Translations under genes and position numbers: made by a program
Notes under the pieces: model-generated
What the model was told of the DNA's origin: nothing
Database searches by the model: none
What the model saw: only the letters and a program-made list of their open reading frames with translations
DNA from: Candidatus Poribacteria bacterium
GTDB lineage: Bacteria; Poribacteria; WGA-4E; WGA-3G
Length of the DNA stretch: 64,000 bases
Assembly (NCBI GenBank): GCA_963665235.2
Contig: CAXXLX010000001.1
Coordinates: forward strand, 2,560,001-2,624,000
Direction of reading: 5' to 3'
Shown here: piece after piece, positions 30,747-40,585 of the stretch
How positions within the stretch are numbered: position 1 is the first letter of the stretch
How the letters are laid out: each line of letters begins with the position of its first letter

Positions 30747-31559
30747 ATGAAAACCCAATCTTTCAAATCTTTTAGCGGAAAAATTACTTTCGCCTTACTC
30801 ATTCTTGCCTGTTGCTTCGGTTTCACAGCGATAAGTTACGGGCAAGCGATTATCTCTTTACAACCAGCAACGATTGCAGTGCCGCAAGTCGGTAAATCCT
30901 TCACTGTGGAAGTGAACATCGCTGGCGGCAAAGGCATGGCTGGCTATCAGGTAGCTGTAGCATTCGATCCGACAGTGGTGAAGTATATCTCTGCTGCAGA
31001 TGCCGGTTATCTCAATTCAGAAGTTTTCGCTGTGCCGTTACTAGAAGCTGAGCAGACCACCTTTGTCGTTGCTGCACTTGGCGGCACTGCCACAAAAACC
31101 CTCGGCACCCTTGCCACAATGACGTTTGAAGTGCTAAAACCGAACCCCTTTAAAAGTTTTCACCTGACAGAAGTTATCTTAGCAGACGCGGATGCGGAGG
31201 TGATGGGTGTGAGATTTATACAAAACAACGTCAACCGCGCCGAGCTAACAACCCCGATGCCAGCTAACCACACATCGCTTATGCCGAACTATCCGAACCC
31301 GTTCAACCCGGAGACATGGATACCGTATCAGTTGGCTACGCCAGCGGATGTAACGTTGACCATCTTTAGTTCAGATGGGCAGTTAGTTCGAACATTGGCA
31401 TTAGGACATCAACCTGCGGGTGTGTATCAGCATAAGACCCGTGCTGCATATTGGGATGGCAGGAACGACATCGGTGAACGCGTTGCCAGCGGTTTATACT
31501 TCTATACCCTCACCGCGGGCGACTTCGCTGCCACCGGAAAAATGCTAATCCTGAAATAA
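30747..31559 (+). CDS. Secreted cohesin-domain protein with C-terminal FlgD-Ig/T9SS-like sorting domain
   Basis: Signal peptide, GYQVAVAFDPTVVKY...GTLATMTFEV, NYPNPFNPETWIPYQL...WDGRND.GE.VASGLYFY. Confidence 0.82.
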   Translation: MKTQSFKSFSGKITFALLILACCFGFTAISYGQAIISLQPATIAVPQVGKSFTVEVNIAGGKGMAGYQVAVAFDPTVVKYISAADAGYLNSEVFAVPLLEAEQTTFVVAALGGTATKTLGTLATMTFEVLKPNPFKSFHLTEVILADADAEVMGVRFIQNNVNRAELTTPMPANHTSLMPNYPNPFNPETWIPYQLATPADVTLTIFSSDGQLVRTLALGHQPAGVYQHKTRAAYWDGRNDIGERVASGLYFYTLTAGDFAATGKMLILK

Positions 31560-31573
31560 AAGGAGTTATTTTG

Positions 31574-33081
31574 ATGAAAAAACTATTTCAGAAGCAGCTG
31601 CTTTACGCCTGCTTAATAACAGTCCTCTGTTTTGGCATCACGGCACTAAGTTATGGGCAAGCCGTGGTCTCCATAAACCCCGCAGAGGTGGTGTCCCCCG
31701 CCGTGGGACAGCAGATGACGGTTACGATTAAAATAGCCAAAGGCACGCGTGTCGCCGGCTACGACTTAACAATACGGTATGATACAACTGCCCTGCAATA
31801 CGTTGAAATCACGAACAGCACGTATCTTCCGACAGGTGCGTTTGTTGCCCCGGCGGTGGTGTCCAGTGGCCGCATCATATTTGCGGCGACCTCGTTATCG
31901 GGAGCCGTAACTGCCAGTAGTGGCACCTTGGCAACGCTCAAATTCCAAGTGGTTGCGGTGAAAAAATCCACACTCCAACTCACTGATGTTGTCCTCACCG
32001 ACAAGGATGGCAACGCCTTGGCGGTCACGAAACGGAACGCCAACGTTGTTGTGAGACAATTGCTACCGACAGATATCAATAGAGATGGCAGAGTGAACGT
32101 GCAAGACCTCGTCTTAGTTGCGCGCGATCTCGGGAAGACAGGTACTCTCTCGACAGATCTGAACAGTGATAACAGAGTGAACGTGCAGGACCTTGTGTTA
32201 GTCGCACGCGACCTCGGGAAGACAACAAATAGTGGGGGGACCACGCCACCAGATGATGGCGGAACCACCACGCCGCCAGACGACGGCGGAACCACCACGC
32301 CACCGACCACTGACCCGTATGCAGGCATGGCACTAATCCCTGCTGGCGAATTTCGGATGGGAGGCAACGATGCACAGGCCCGGAGCAATGAAAAACCGGT
32401 GCATTCTGTCTATGTAGATGCATTTTACATGGATAAATATGAGGTTACCAATGCCCAATATGCAGCGTTCCTGAATGCGAAAGGCAAACACGCTGAGGGT
32501 GGTATCACCTGGTATCGCATTGGTCAAGATCGTTCTCGTATTGAGCTGGCATCTGGTAAGTATCGTGCGAAAACCGGGTATGAAAATCACCCTGTGACAT
32601 ACGTGAGTTGGTATGGTGCGATGGCTTATGCGGCGTGGAAGGGCAAACGTCTGCCGACAGAAGCGGAGTGGGAAAAAGCTGCACGTGGCGGTTTAGCCGG
32701 TCTAAAATACCCGTGGGGTAACACCATAAATTCCACCAAGGCAAATTACAATAATCATATTAAGGATACCACTGCAGTAGGTAAGTATACTGCAAATGGT
32801 TACGGTTTATTCGATATGGCAGGGAATGTGTGGGAGTGGTGCTTAGACGAGTATAACGGAGGTTTCTATTCGGTTTCGCCAGCTCGGAATCCGTTGTCGG
32901 GTGCAAATAGTGTTGAATGGTTAATAAATAATTATAAAGGTGTTAAAAGTTCCCGCGTTTTGCGTGGTGGCTCCTGGAGCGGTACGGACAGGACGTGCGG
33001 GTCGCCTTTCGCGGCAGCAAGACGCCGCCGTACTCGAACGACTACTTCGGTTTTCGTTGTGCGAGGGCTGTAACCCCTTAA
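31574..33081 (+). CDS. DGR target: signal peptide - cohesin - dockerin - linker - FGE-sulfatase (CLec-fold) domain; 1-nt deletion in VR
   Basis: DINRDGRVNVQDLVLV x2 dockerin, F.MG..., RLPTEAEWEKAARGG, NGYGLFDMAGNVWEW, RVLRGGSW; native GFRCAR end lies in the shifted frame (stop 33081), read ORF stops at 33073. Confidence 0.88.
32947..33069 (+). repeat. DGR variable repeat (VR)
   Basis: Aligns to TR 33530-33653 with 20 substitutions at TR adenines, 1 non-A change, 1 A deletion. Confidence 0.95.
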
Positions 33082-33103
33082 ATCTTTACGTCTTTACCTC
33101 TTA

Positions 33104-33135
33104 CGTCTCCAATCTGCTTTAGCAGATTGGAGACG
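33104..33135. promoter_or_regulatory. Perfect 15-bp inverted repeat after VR (DGR homing hairpin/cruciform)
   Basis: CGTCTCCAATCTGCT-TT-AGCAGATTGGAGACG, ~35 bp after VR. Confidence 0.8.
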
Positions 33136-33191
33136 CGGCTCAAAATTTTAAAAATACTAGTAAATAATTAATTAACATATTGTAATTATTT

Positions 33192-33659
33192 ATGGCAGCA
33201 TCAACAGTTCAAGCGGTTCCAAAACTATACGATGTAATTGTGTGGTTGATGGGGCGCGTTGAAAAATTTCCGCGTTCCCAAAAGTTCACCCTCGGTGACC
33301 GAACTGTCAACCTTGCTCTGGATACACTAGAGTTGCTTATTGAAGCTACCTATACGCGGGACCGCTTGGTTTTGCTACGTAAAGCCAATGTGCAACTGGA
33401 AAAACTGCGTTTTATGATTCGGTTATGCGATTTTTGCGCAAACCATTTTCCGGAAATCATAAAAGATATATTCAAAAAGCGTGTCGCTCTCGATGCCTTT
33501 GCGTCGGGAGTTCACGAGGTTTCAAGCCGAAGTTCCCGCGTTTTGCGTGGTGGCTCCTGGAACAATACAGAACAAAACGTGCGGGTCGCCTTTCGCAACA
33601 ACAATACGCCAACGAACACGAACAACAACAACGGTTTTCGTTGTGCGAAGACACTTTAG
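33192..33659 (+). pseudogene. avd: Avd (accessory variability determinant), C-terminally truncated and read through into TR
   Basis: KFPRSQKFTLGDR...LELLIEATY...ANVQLEKLRFMIRL four-helix-bundle pattern; last helix absent; ORF continues through TR. Confidence 0.85.
33530..33653 (+). ncRNA. DGR template repeat (TR)
   Basis: AAC/AAT-rich copy of VR. Confidence 0.95.
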
Positions 33660-33809
33660 AGGGTCCACCGTGACTACAAGTCACTATAAGGGGTTGCCAG
33701 AGTTGGTATGCCTCCGATGTAGGTGAGTCATATCAAGTGTGCATCAATGAAGAGTCCAAGGTTTGGGACCTGTGTTAGTCTCTTTAGAGATGAGCCGAAG
33801 ATAAAAACT

Positions 33810-33861
33810 GAGGTGTGATGGTAAGTAGGCTTCCTGCCGAATGCTATCACACCTCTTTTTT
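33810..33861 (+). terminator. Intrinsic terminator closing the avd-TR transcript
   Basis: GAGGTGTGAT...ATCACACCTC stem followed by T6. Confidence 0.7.
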
Positions 33862-33969
33862 ATGCTACTATAGGGCGGGGTTTCATGTCTCGCCTTTTCA
33901 TAATTTTTCGTTGTTTTAATTAGAAAAATTCTGTCGCGCGCGTAATAGAACGCGCACGCCCGAGGACTT

Positions 33970-35739
33970 ATGATGAACGCTGTAAAGATTGCCCCTGAGC
34001 TGCTGTTAGCCTTCCAAGACTACGTGGAGACAGCAGGCTACGAGGAGGCAGAATCAACAGATTTACCCTTAGATAATAGAACCTTGAGCCCTCAAGGCAG
34101 TGTGGTCAGGCCGGAAGCACCGCAGGTAAACGTTTTTCTACACTGTGACGAGGCAGCAGCACTTGACCATTTAGAGGAGAAAGGTATTCAAATCAATACC
34201 CGGAAAGGGTGTATCAGAACAGCCCGCTTATCCTTGGAAAATCTGGAACGCCTTTATGAGGAACCCAACCTTATGCATGTTGAGGCATCACACAAGCTGC
34301 ATCCACTGATGGACGTAGCTTTTGCCAGAGTGCAGTTTCCGGAATTTCGGAACAAAACTGATTTGACAGGTAAAGGGGTAATCATTGGTGTTGTTGACAG
34401 CGGCATTGATTCTAACCATCCCGCCTTCCAAGGACGAATTTTGCGGATCTGGGACCAAGAAATTAAACAGAAGTTGACACGTGAAAATTTCTCTCTCTCC
34501 CGGGATACCGATGGGCATGGCACGCATGTCGCCGGCATCGCAGCGGGTAACGATAATCAATACGGTGGGGTTGCTCCCGAAGCGGAATTGGTCATCGTCA
34601 AGAGTACCTTGTGGGATACAGATATCTTAGAAGGTATTCGCTATATCTTTGAATTTGCGGATGAACTCGGCAAACCGGCAGTAGTGAATCTTAGTCTTGG
34701 CGGACACCACGATCCTCACGATGGCAGTGATAGTTTGTCAAGAGAGATTGATAGGTTATCTGGTGAAGGCAAAATTGTTTGTTGTTCGGCTGGCAATGAG
34801 GGAAATTATAATATTCATGCACAAGCGCACCTTGCTCAAAGCGGGGATTCACGCAGCATGCGTTTCTTGGTGCCGGAGACTTCAGGCAGCAACGCTATTC
34901 GGAAGGTTACACTAAATGGGTGGTATTCAGTAAGGGGCCATATTGAGGTAGCTATCCAATCACCGAGTGGAGCTCGGACAGATTATCAAGGTATTCTATC
35001 CGAAAATGCCTTGGTCCCTCACGATTTGCCAGATGCCCGTATCTACACTGTCACGCCTGAAATTGATTCGACAAACCAAGACCGTTCATTCACCATTACA
35101 GTGAACGCTGGCGGCTCTGATGGAGTCGTTACGCCGGGAATATGGAAACTCTGGTTGCATGGTAGAGATGTTAGCAATACTCAAGTGGACGTGTGGGTAT
35201 TAGATGGTAAAAAGCTTCCACAGGTGGTTTTCACCGGGAGAAGTGTTTCTGACTCAATGAAGATTGGATCTCCAGGGGCAGCCCATCGGGCGGTTCCTGT
35301 CGCTTCCTACACAACTAAGGCCGAATGGCAGGATATTGATGGGAGGACATGGACGGTAGGATTGTCTCCAAACGATATTTCTGATTTCAGTAGTGAGGGG
35401 CCTTTACGTAACGGAGTCCAAAAACCGGATGTGACCGCACCGGGGGCGTATATCGCCAGTTGCCTGTCATCTGATGTGGACCAGCCGCCACGCTGGAGGC
35501 AAATAAACTCTCATTATACCATGATGGCGGGCACAAGTATGTCTGCCCCCTTTATCAGCGGTATCATCGCTCTCTTGCTCCAACACGATTCTACATTTTC
35601 ACCCGAACGCATCAAGGCCTTTTTACAAGCGAGCAGTTCCATCCTTGGAAACCGACCTGGCCGTTTCCATCCAAAATGGGGGTATGGACTGATAGATGCC
35701 GATGCACTCGCGGATGCTCTTTTCTCTCTAACTTCGTAA
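33970..35739 (+). CDS. S8 subtilase with N-terminal prodomain and inserted beta domain (Csp-like layout), no obvious signal peptide
   Basis: Catalytic triad motifs GVVDSG, DGHGTHVAG, GTSMSAP. Confidence 0.92.
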   Translation: MMNAVKIAPELLLAFQDYVETAGYEEAESTDLPLDNRTLSPQGSVVRPEAPQVNVFLHCDEAAALDHLEEKGIQINTRKGCIRTARLSLENLERLYEEPNLMHVEASHKLHPLMDVAFARVQFPEFRNKTDLTGKGVIIGVVDSGIDSNHPAFQGRILRIWDQEIKQKLTRENFSLSRDTDGHGTHVAGIAAGNDNQYGGVAPEAELVIVKSTLWDTDILEGIRYIFEFADELGKPAVVNLSLGGHHDPHDGSDSLSREIDRLSGEGKIVCCSAGNEGNYNIHAQAHLAQSGDSRSMRFLVPETSGSNAIRKVTLNGWYSVRGHIEVAIQSPSGARTDYQGILSENALVPHDLPDARIYTVTPEIDSTNQDRSFTITVNAGGSDGVVTPGIWKLWLHGRDVSNTQVDVWVLDGKKLPQVVFTGRSVSDSMKIGSPGAAHRAVPVASYTTKAEWQDIDGRTWTVGLSPNDISDFSSEGPLRNGVQKPDVTAPGAYIASCLSSDVDQPPRWRQINSHYTMMAGTSMSAPFISGIIALLLQHDSTFSPERIKAFLQASSSILGNRPGRFHPKWGYGLIDADALADALFSLTS

Positions 35740-35828
35740 CCGAAAAAAGTACCAATTCTCTTGAGAATATGTTATCATATAGAGTGTTTATTAAATAGCA
35801 TTTTCACTTCTGTAAAGGAGATATTTTT

Positions 35829-36104
35829 ATGAACTATCAGAAACTTGGTATTGCACTTGCTATGGCCGTTACTGACGCTGAAACATTAGATGAAGAGGGA
35901 GGCGCATTCAACGTTTTTATCCACACGACTCGTGCCCTTGGTATTAACGAGGTTACCTACCTTGAAGGATTGGGGGTTTCGTGTGAGCCTGCGGATCGAC
36001 AGGTATTTACAGCAACACTCTCGGCTGAGGCGGTTGATGAGTTGTCTAAACAGCCCTGGGTGAGTTCCCTTGAACTTTCGCAGAAACTGCAGTTGCACAG
36101 ATAA
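35829..36104 (+). CDS. Small protein resembling the subtilase prodomain (putative inhibitor/chaperone)
   Basis: NVFIH...LEGLGV...TATLS.E.VDELSKQP.V..LELSQKL vs NVFLH...LEEKGI...TARLS.E.LERLYEEP.L..VEASHKL; AAGGAG RBS. Confidence 0.75.
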   Translation: MNYQKLGIALAMAVTDAETLDEEGGAFNVFIHTTRALGINEVTYLEGLGVSCEPADRQVFTATLSAEAVDELSKQPWVSSLELSQKLQLHR

Positions 36105-36375
36105 ATATATGAAGATAGGTTTTGTCCAGTCAGGATGAAACGCTTCCTGCTGCTGCCCGATTGTTAGTTGATTATCTACAAAAACATTCGCGCCCGATGG
36201 CTTATGATGAGGGGTAAACGCCTGAAAACAATTTTTGAGGCGAAGAAACGCTTCTCAACCCATTATTTGTCTGAAGAAGGTTTTGTAGGAGTCGGCATTG
36301 GTCGTCATAAAAATGCTGATGCCTTGCTGGTTTACGTAGAGAGTGTGGATTGCATCATCGCGCAGCAATTCAAAG

Positions 36376-38004
36376 TTAAGGTTCGGGAGATAAAGGCTTG
36401 AGCGTGTTCGGGCCTGCTTCATACAGATAAGCATCCCTACCGGTAAAATATTGCGCGTATACCGCTTTCCAATCGCTGTTTGTCAATTTCCACTGGGGGG
36501 CAGGACCAAGTTTAAAGTAGACGATATCCGCCTCTTTCAGACTCTGAAACGGATAATCGCCAATCGGTGCGTCTCGGGTGCCGGGTATGAAAATAACAGC
36601 ATTGTGAATATCTGTCTCCTTAACCAGCGGAGGCAATTTCTGATATACCGAGCTCCAATTTTGATACACCTTCCCGATACGGACATAACTCCACACAGTG
36701 TTGACACTTAACAACAGCAGGCAGAGTCCAGCCACATAGACAAGCCTATTTTCCCAAATCGGTCTTTTGAGCTGTTCATAGAGAATAAACATCCCCCTGG
36801 CTACCAATGGAATGAAACCTATAAATATGGCTTCAGTGTAATAACGCGCATTGACCGGTGTAAATCCCCATGTGGAGCCTTCAAAATAGAAGAAGGCATA
36901 GAGCAACAGGCTTCCGACAATTAACGCGATAGATAGCATATCATATCTGTTTCGTGACGGGTGAAAGAGCGGGAGGAGCGCGAGGGCCCACGGTAGAAGT
37001 AGCGGCAAAAAGTCAAGGAGGAAACCGGGGGACACTTTCGGCTCTACAAGCAGGTTGGGTCGATAGTTGCCCCACCCGAGTGCGTTGAAACTGATACACG
37101 GGAGGATATGTCGCCATGTCCTTTTGACTGCCCACTCCGGCTTGAATTCAAAGGCATGTGCTATGTTTGGGTCGTAGCCTTCCATGCGTTTGCCGAACCC
37201 AATTTTATCGTAAGGTTGGGCGGCGGTATGTGTGAACGTGAAGACATCCTCCGTAAAATGATAGTTCCACGCCATACAGACAATAATCATCACTGCAAAC
37301 GGAATTAAGAAAACGCCTAACCGAGCAATTAACCGTCTTCGTAGGTCTTGTGCACCTGTCCCATCGGATTCGTCTGGCATTCGGGGTTTGTAGAGATGGT
37401 AAAGCGCGAAACCCGCACCGACAACACCAAAGACAATGGCGGAGAGCGGGCGCGTATTGAATGCGTACCCTAACGCAAATCCTGAGAGGAGCGGATAGAG
37501 GATATTGCCTGTTCCGTTTAGTGTGCGGACCAGCGTAAATAGATATAGCGTGAGGTAAAATCGGCTTACCGGTTCACTAAACCATGTCGAGCCCATACCT
37601 GCTGTCGCAGGTGAGATGAGTGCAATTATCGCAGCGATGAGCGCAATAGGTTTTCCATAGGTCTGTTTGACAAGGAGGAATAGCAGGAACAACGCGCCGC
37701 CTGTCGCAAGGGCAGGAATAAGCCACGGGGCGTTCACAAACACACCAAACATCAACATCAAGGCGTTTCCGAACGGATATTTGGAATACCATTTGTCGTT
37801 GAGAATGTTAATATGTGGCGAAGACGAGAACCCGTGTTCAGGGGGAGTAGGTATTGAGATTTTACCTTCCGCAAACAGCTTCGCCTGAAATAGATACGAT
37901 ACGGTGTCAGGCTCGAAGTAGGAGAAGCTGAGATAAATGCCGCTTAGGATTATTGAGAGCAGCACACCGAGTATAGCGATGATGAGAATAACTCTGTTTT
38001 TCAT
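36376..38004 (-). CDS. ArnT/PMT-like (GT-C) membrane glycosyltransferase
   Basis: D..SYLFQAKLFA.G, YSKYPFG, many TM helices, RYY. Confidence 0.8.
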   Translation of the reverse strand: MKNRVILIIAILGVLLSIILSGIYLSFSYFEPDTVSYLFQAKLFAEGKISIPTPPEHGFSSSPHINILNDKWYSKYPFGNALMLMFGVFVNAPWLIPALATGGALFLLFLLVKQTYGKPIALIAAIIALISPATAGMGSTWFSEPVSRFYLTLYLFTLVRTLNGTGNILYPLLSGFALGYAFNTRPLSAIVFGVVGAGFALYHLYKPRMPDESDGTGAQDLRRRLIARLGVFLIPFAVMIIVCMAWNYHFTEDVFTFTHTAAQPYDKIGFGKRMEGYDPNIAHAFEFKPEWAVKRTWRHILPCISFNALGWGNYRPNLLVEPKVSPGFLLDFLPLLLPWALALLPLFHPSRNRYDMLSIALIVGSLLLYAFFYFEGSTWGFTPVNARYYTEAIFIGFIPLVARGMFILYEQLKRPIWENRLVYVAGLCLLLLSVNTVWSYVRIGKVYQNWSSVYQKLPPLVKETDIHNAVIFIPGTRDAPIGDYPFQSLKEADIVYFKLGPAPQWKLTNSDWKAVYAQYFTGRDAYLYEAGPNTLKPLSPEP

Positions 38005-38630
38005 TTTTTATCCTGTAAGCCCCATGTCCCCTTGAGAAAAGGGGACATGGGGAAATGCGTAAACTCTAGGTATTATAACATGAGTCGCAAAAATTGTGCA
38101 TAAAAAATTAAGAATAACAGTTCCCCGCTCCTCTAACTGGCGTGAAACCCCGCTCCTTTAGTCCAGTATGGACGATATGTTTATAGAGGCACAAAACCCC
38201 ACGCCTCTTAGTCCCATCGGGACGGTATGTTTATAGGCACCTGGGTTTCTGTCCACCTCAAAAAAACTAAACCTATAATCCCAAAACTTTGATTGTTACG
38301 CATGTTAAACTCCGCGCCCTCTGCGCCCTCTGTGTAATCCGCGATTTGCGGCGTACTCGCCCAGATGCGACGTGCATTCAGACAAAAAAACACAACATCA
38401 CTTAATCACAAAACCTTGAGGCACACACCTCTTAAAATCCGCGTAATCCGATAAATCCGCGATAATCCGCGATTCAGACGAAAACACACGAAATCCATCC
38501 TTCCAATCTTCCATCCTTCCATCTATCCTTTGTACAAAAACTTTACACACCCTTCCGAATATTTGTTGTTGATTTTCTCTGCGAAATTTGCTAAAATAAC
38601 GAAAAAATTCTTTTGAGGGGAGAAATTTAA

Positions 38631-39038
38631 ATGGCGTGCATCTTTTGTGAAATTGTTGCGGGTAGGATTCCCTCTGCCACAGTGTATGAGGATAAGCATG
38701 TTTTTGCTTTTATGGATATTGCCCCTGCGAACCCGGGGCATCTTCTCATCATACCGAAGCAGCATTATAGAAATATCTTTGATATGCCTGCGGAAGTGGG
38801 CAGTAAAATTATGGAAGCAGCGGTACCGCTTGCGGGAGCGATTCGGAAAGCGTTAGACCCAGATGGACTTAACCTATTCCAGTCCAACGAAGCGGCGGCA
38901 TTTCAGACCGTTTTCCATTTTCATCTCCACCTTATCCCTCGGTGGAAAACCGACCCGTTGCGGCTGCCGTGGCAACCGAGCGAGGGGGATATAGAGGAAA
39001 TCGGTGAGATTGCGTCGAAAATTCGTGAAGTTTTATAG
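38631..39038 (+). CDS. HIT family protein
   Basis: CIFC, HFHLHLIPR. Confidence 0.93.
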   Translation: MACIFCEIVAGRIPSATVYEDKHVFAFMDIAPANPGHLLIIPKQHYRNIFDMPAEVGSKIMEAAVPLAGAIRKALDPDGLNLFQSNEAAAFQTVFHFHLHLIPRWKTDPLRLPWQPSEGDIEEIGEIASKIREVL

Positions 39039-39077
39039 ACCCCATCTAAACAGACTAAACAGATAAAGGCATCTCTT

Positions 39078-39797
39078 ATGAACGTTTTAATTACCTCGGC
39101 AGGTTCCGAATTGGCGCGCAGCTTAGCTGAGGCTGTAGCGGAATCACACACGCTCCGCCTAACGGAGCTTGAACCTGTTGATACCGAGTTTGAATTTGTG
39201 CAGAGTGCGTTGGGACATGACGAGTCAACGGACGAATTGGTGGCAGGCATGGACGCTATCGTTCATATTGCCGAAATACCGCCAAATGTTTTGGCAGCGT
39301 CGGACCAACCCGGGAATTTTGAAATTGATTATCAGACGCGTTGTACCTATAACCTGATGATGGCAGCAGCGGCAGCAGATGTGAAACATTTCATCTATGC
39401 CAGCACGCTCCGCCTGTTTGAACAGCACGGTGAGGACTGGACAGTTGGCGAGAATTGGCGACCGCGCCCCACTGTGGATAGTTTTGTGCTTGCAAAACAC
39501 CTGGGTGAGTTCACATGCAGGGAATTCGCGCGGGAGCGGAAGCTGCATGTGACGTGCCTACGGCTCGGTGTTCTTACCACAGCCGAAGCGGCAGCGGCGG
39601 AGCCGTTTAATTCCATGTGGCTTGAAATGAACGATGCCGTCACCGCTTTTCAAGGGGCATTGGAAGCCCCCTCGCGATGGGGTATCTTTCACGTCCAATC
39701 AGAGTTCCCCGGCTCCCGTTTTGCTGTTGACAACGCCAAGGGGCATCTGAAGTTCACCCCACAATTCGTACCACCTCACAAACAGGAGGCGAAATAG
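39078..39797 (+). CDS. NAD-dependent epimerase/dehydratase (atypical)
   Basis: Degenerate Rossmann motif, DAIVHIA, F...K. Confidence 0.75.
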   Translation: MNVLITSAGSELARSLAEAVAESHTLRLTELEPVDTEFEFVQSALGHDESTDELVAGMDAIVHIAEIPPNVLAASDQPGNFEIDYQTRCTYNLMMAAAAADVKHFIYASTLRLFEQHGEDWTVGENWRPRPTVDSFVLAKHLGEFTCREFARERKLHVTCLRLGVLTTAEAAAAEPFNSMWLEMNDAVTAFQGALEAPSRWGIFHVQSEFPGSRFAVDNAKGHLKFTPQFVPPHKQEAK

Positions 39798-39799
39798 CG

Positions 39800-40525
39800 A
39801 TGAAAGTTCTCATTTTAGGCGGTAACGGTTACCTCGGCCCGCATGTCGTTAAGGCGTTAGAGTCGGACTATACTTTGCGCGTAACGGACATTAACGATAT
39901 TGAAACGAAGCATGAATCCATGCACATTGATGTCGGTTCACTAACACAGGTCATGCGTGCTGCGGAGGGGATGGACGCTATCATCAACTGTTCCGTGCTA
40001 CGACACGACCGGCAGTTGGCGTTTGATGTTAGTACGCGTGGATGCTATAACACAATGCGTGCCGCCGTCGAACACGGTATACGACGCGTTATTAACACCG
40101 GCCCACATTTCACGGTGCAAGGCGATGATTACACCTCTTACGATTTTGAGATTAACCCCGATGTGCCGCCACACACCAGCACGGGACTCTATCCGTTGAC
40201 GAAGGGGCTCGGGCAAGAAATCTGTAAAGTCTTCACCGAGCATTACGACATCTATGTCCTCTGTTACCTATTTCTCAGTTTCCGGGAACACGACGACGCG
40301 GCAGCGGGCAGCGACCTCAACCCATTTTCGGTCAGTTGGCGGGACGCAGGTGAGGCATTCCGGCTCGGTTTGGAAATTGACCTTGCCGAACTTCCATCGC
40401 GCTGTGAGGTTTTCAATATTTTCGCTGACCTACCGCATCAGCAGTTCTCAAATGTCAAAACGAAACGAATTTTAGGATTTCAACCGCAGGATAACTTTGA
40501 GCGGATGTGGCACAAGAAGAGGTAA
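39800..40525 (+). CDS. NAD-dependent epimerase/dehydratase
   Basis: GGNGYLG, YPLTK. Confidence 0.85.
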   Translation: MKVLILGGNGYLGPHVVKALESDYTLRVTDINDIETKHESMHIDVGSLTQVMRAAEGMDAIINCSVLRHDRQLAFDVSTRGCYNTMRAAVEHGIRRVINTGPHFTVQGDDYTSYDFEINPDVPPHTSTGLYPLTKGLGQEICKVFTEHYDIYVLCYLFLSFREHDDAAAGSDLNPFSVSWRDAGEAFRLGLEIDLAELPSRCEVFNIFADLPHQQFSNVKTKRILGFQPQDNFERMWHKKR

Positions 40526-40585
40526 TTGTCTATCAATATCTTTGCCAAAAAACTAGTTGTCGATCACATTTGACCTCGAGCTCCT

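Noticed and set aside
33660-35739. DGR reverse transcriptase downstream of TR
   Set aside because: The next ORF is a subtilase; no RT (YxDD-type) ORF was seen in the window
38280-38525. AATCCGCG/CCATCCTT low-complexity repeats (inverted homologue near 26385-26450)
   Set aside because: Real but minor dispersed repeats with no evidence for function
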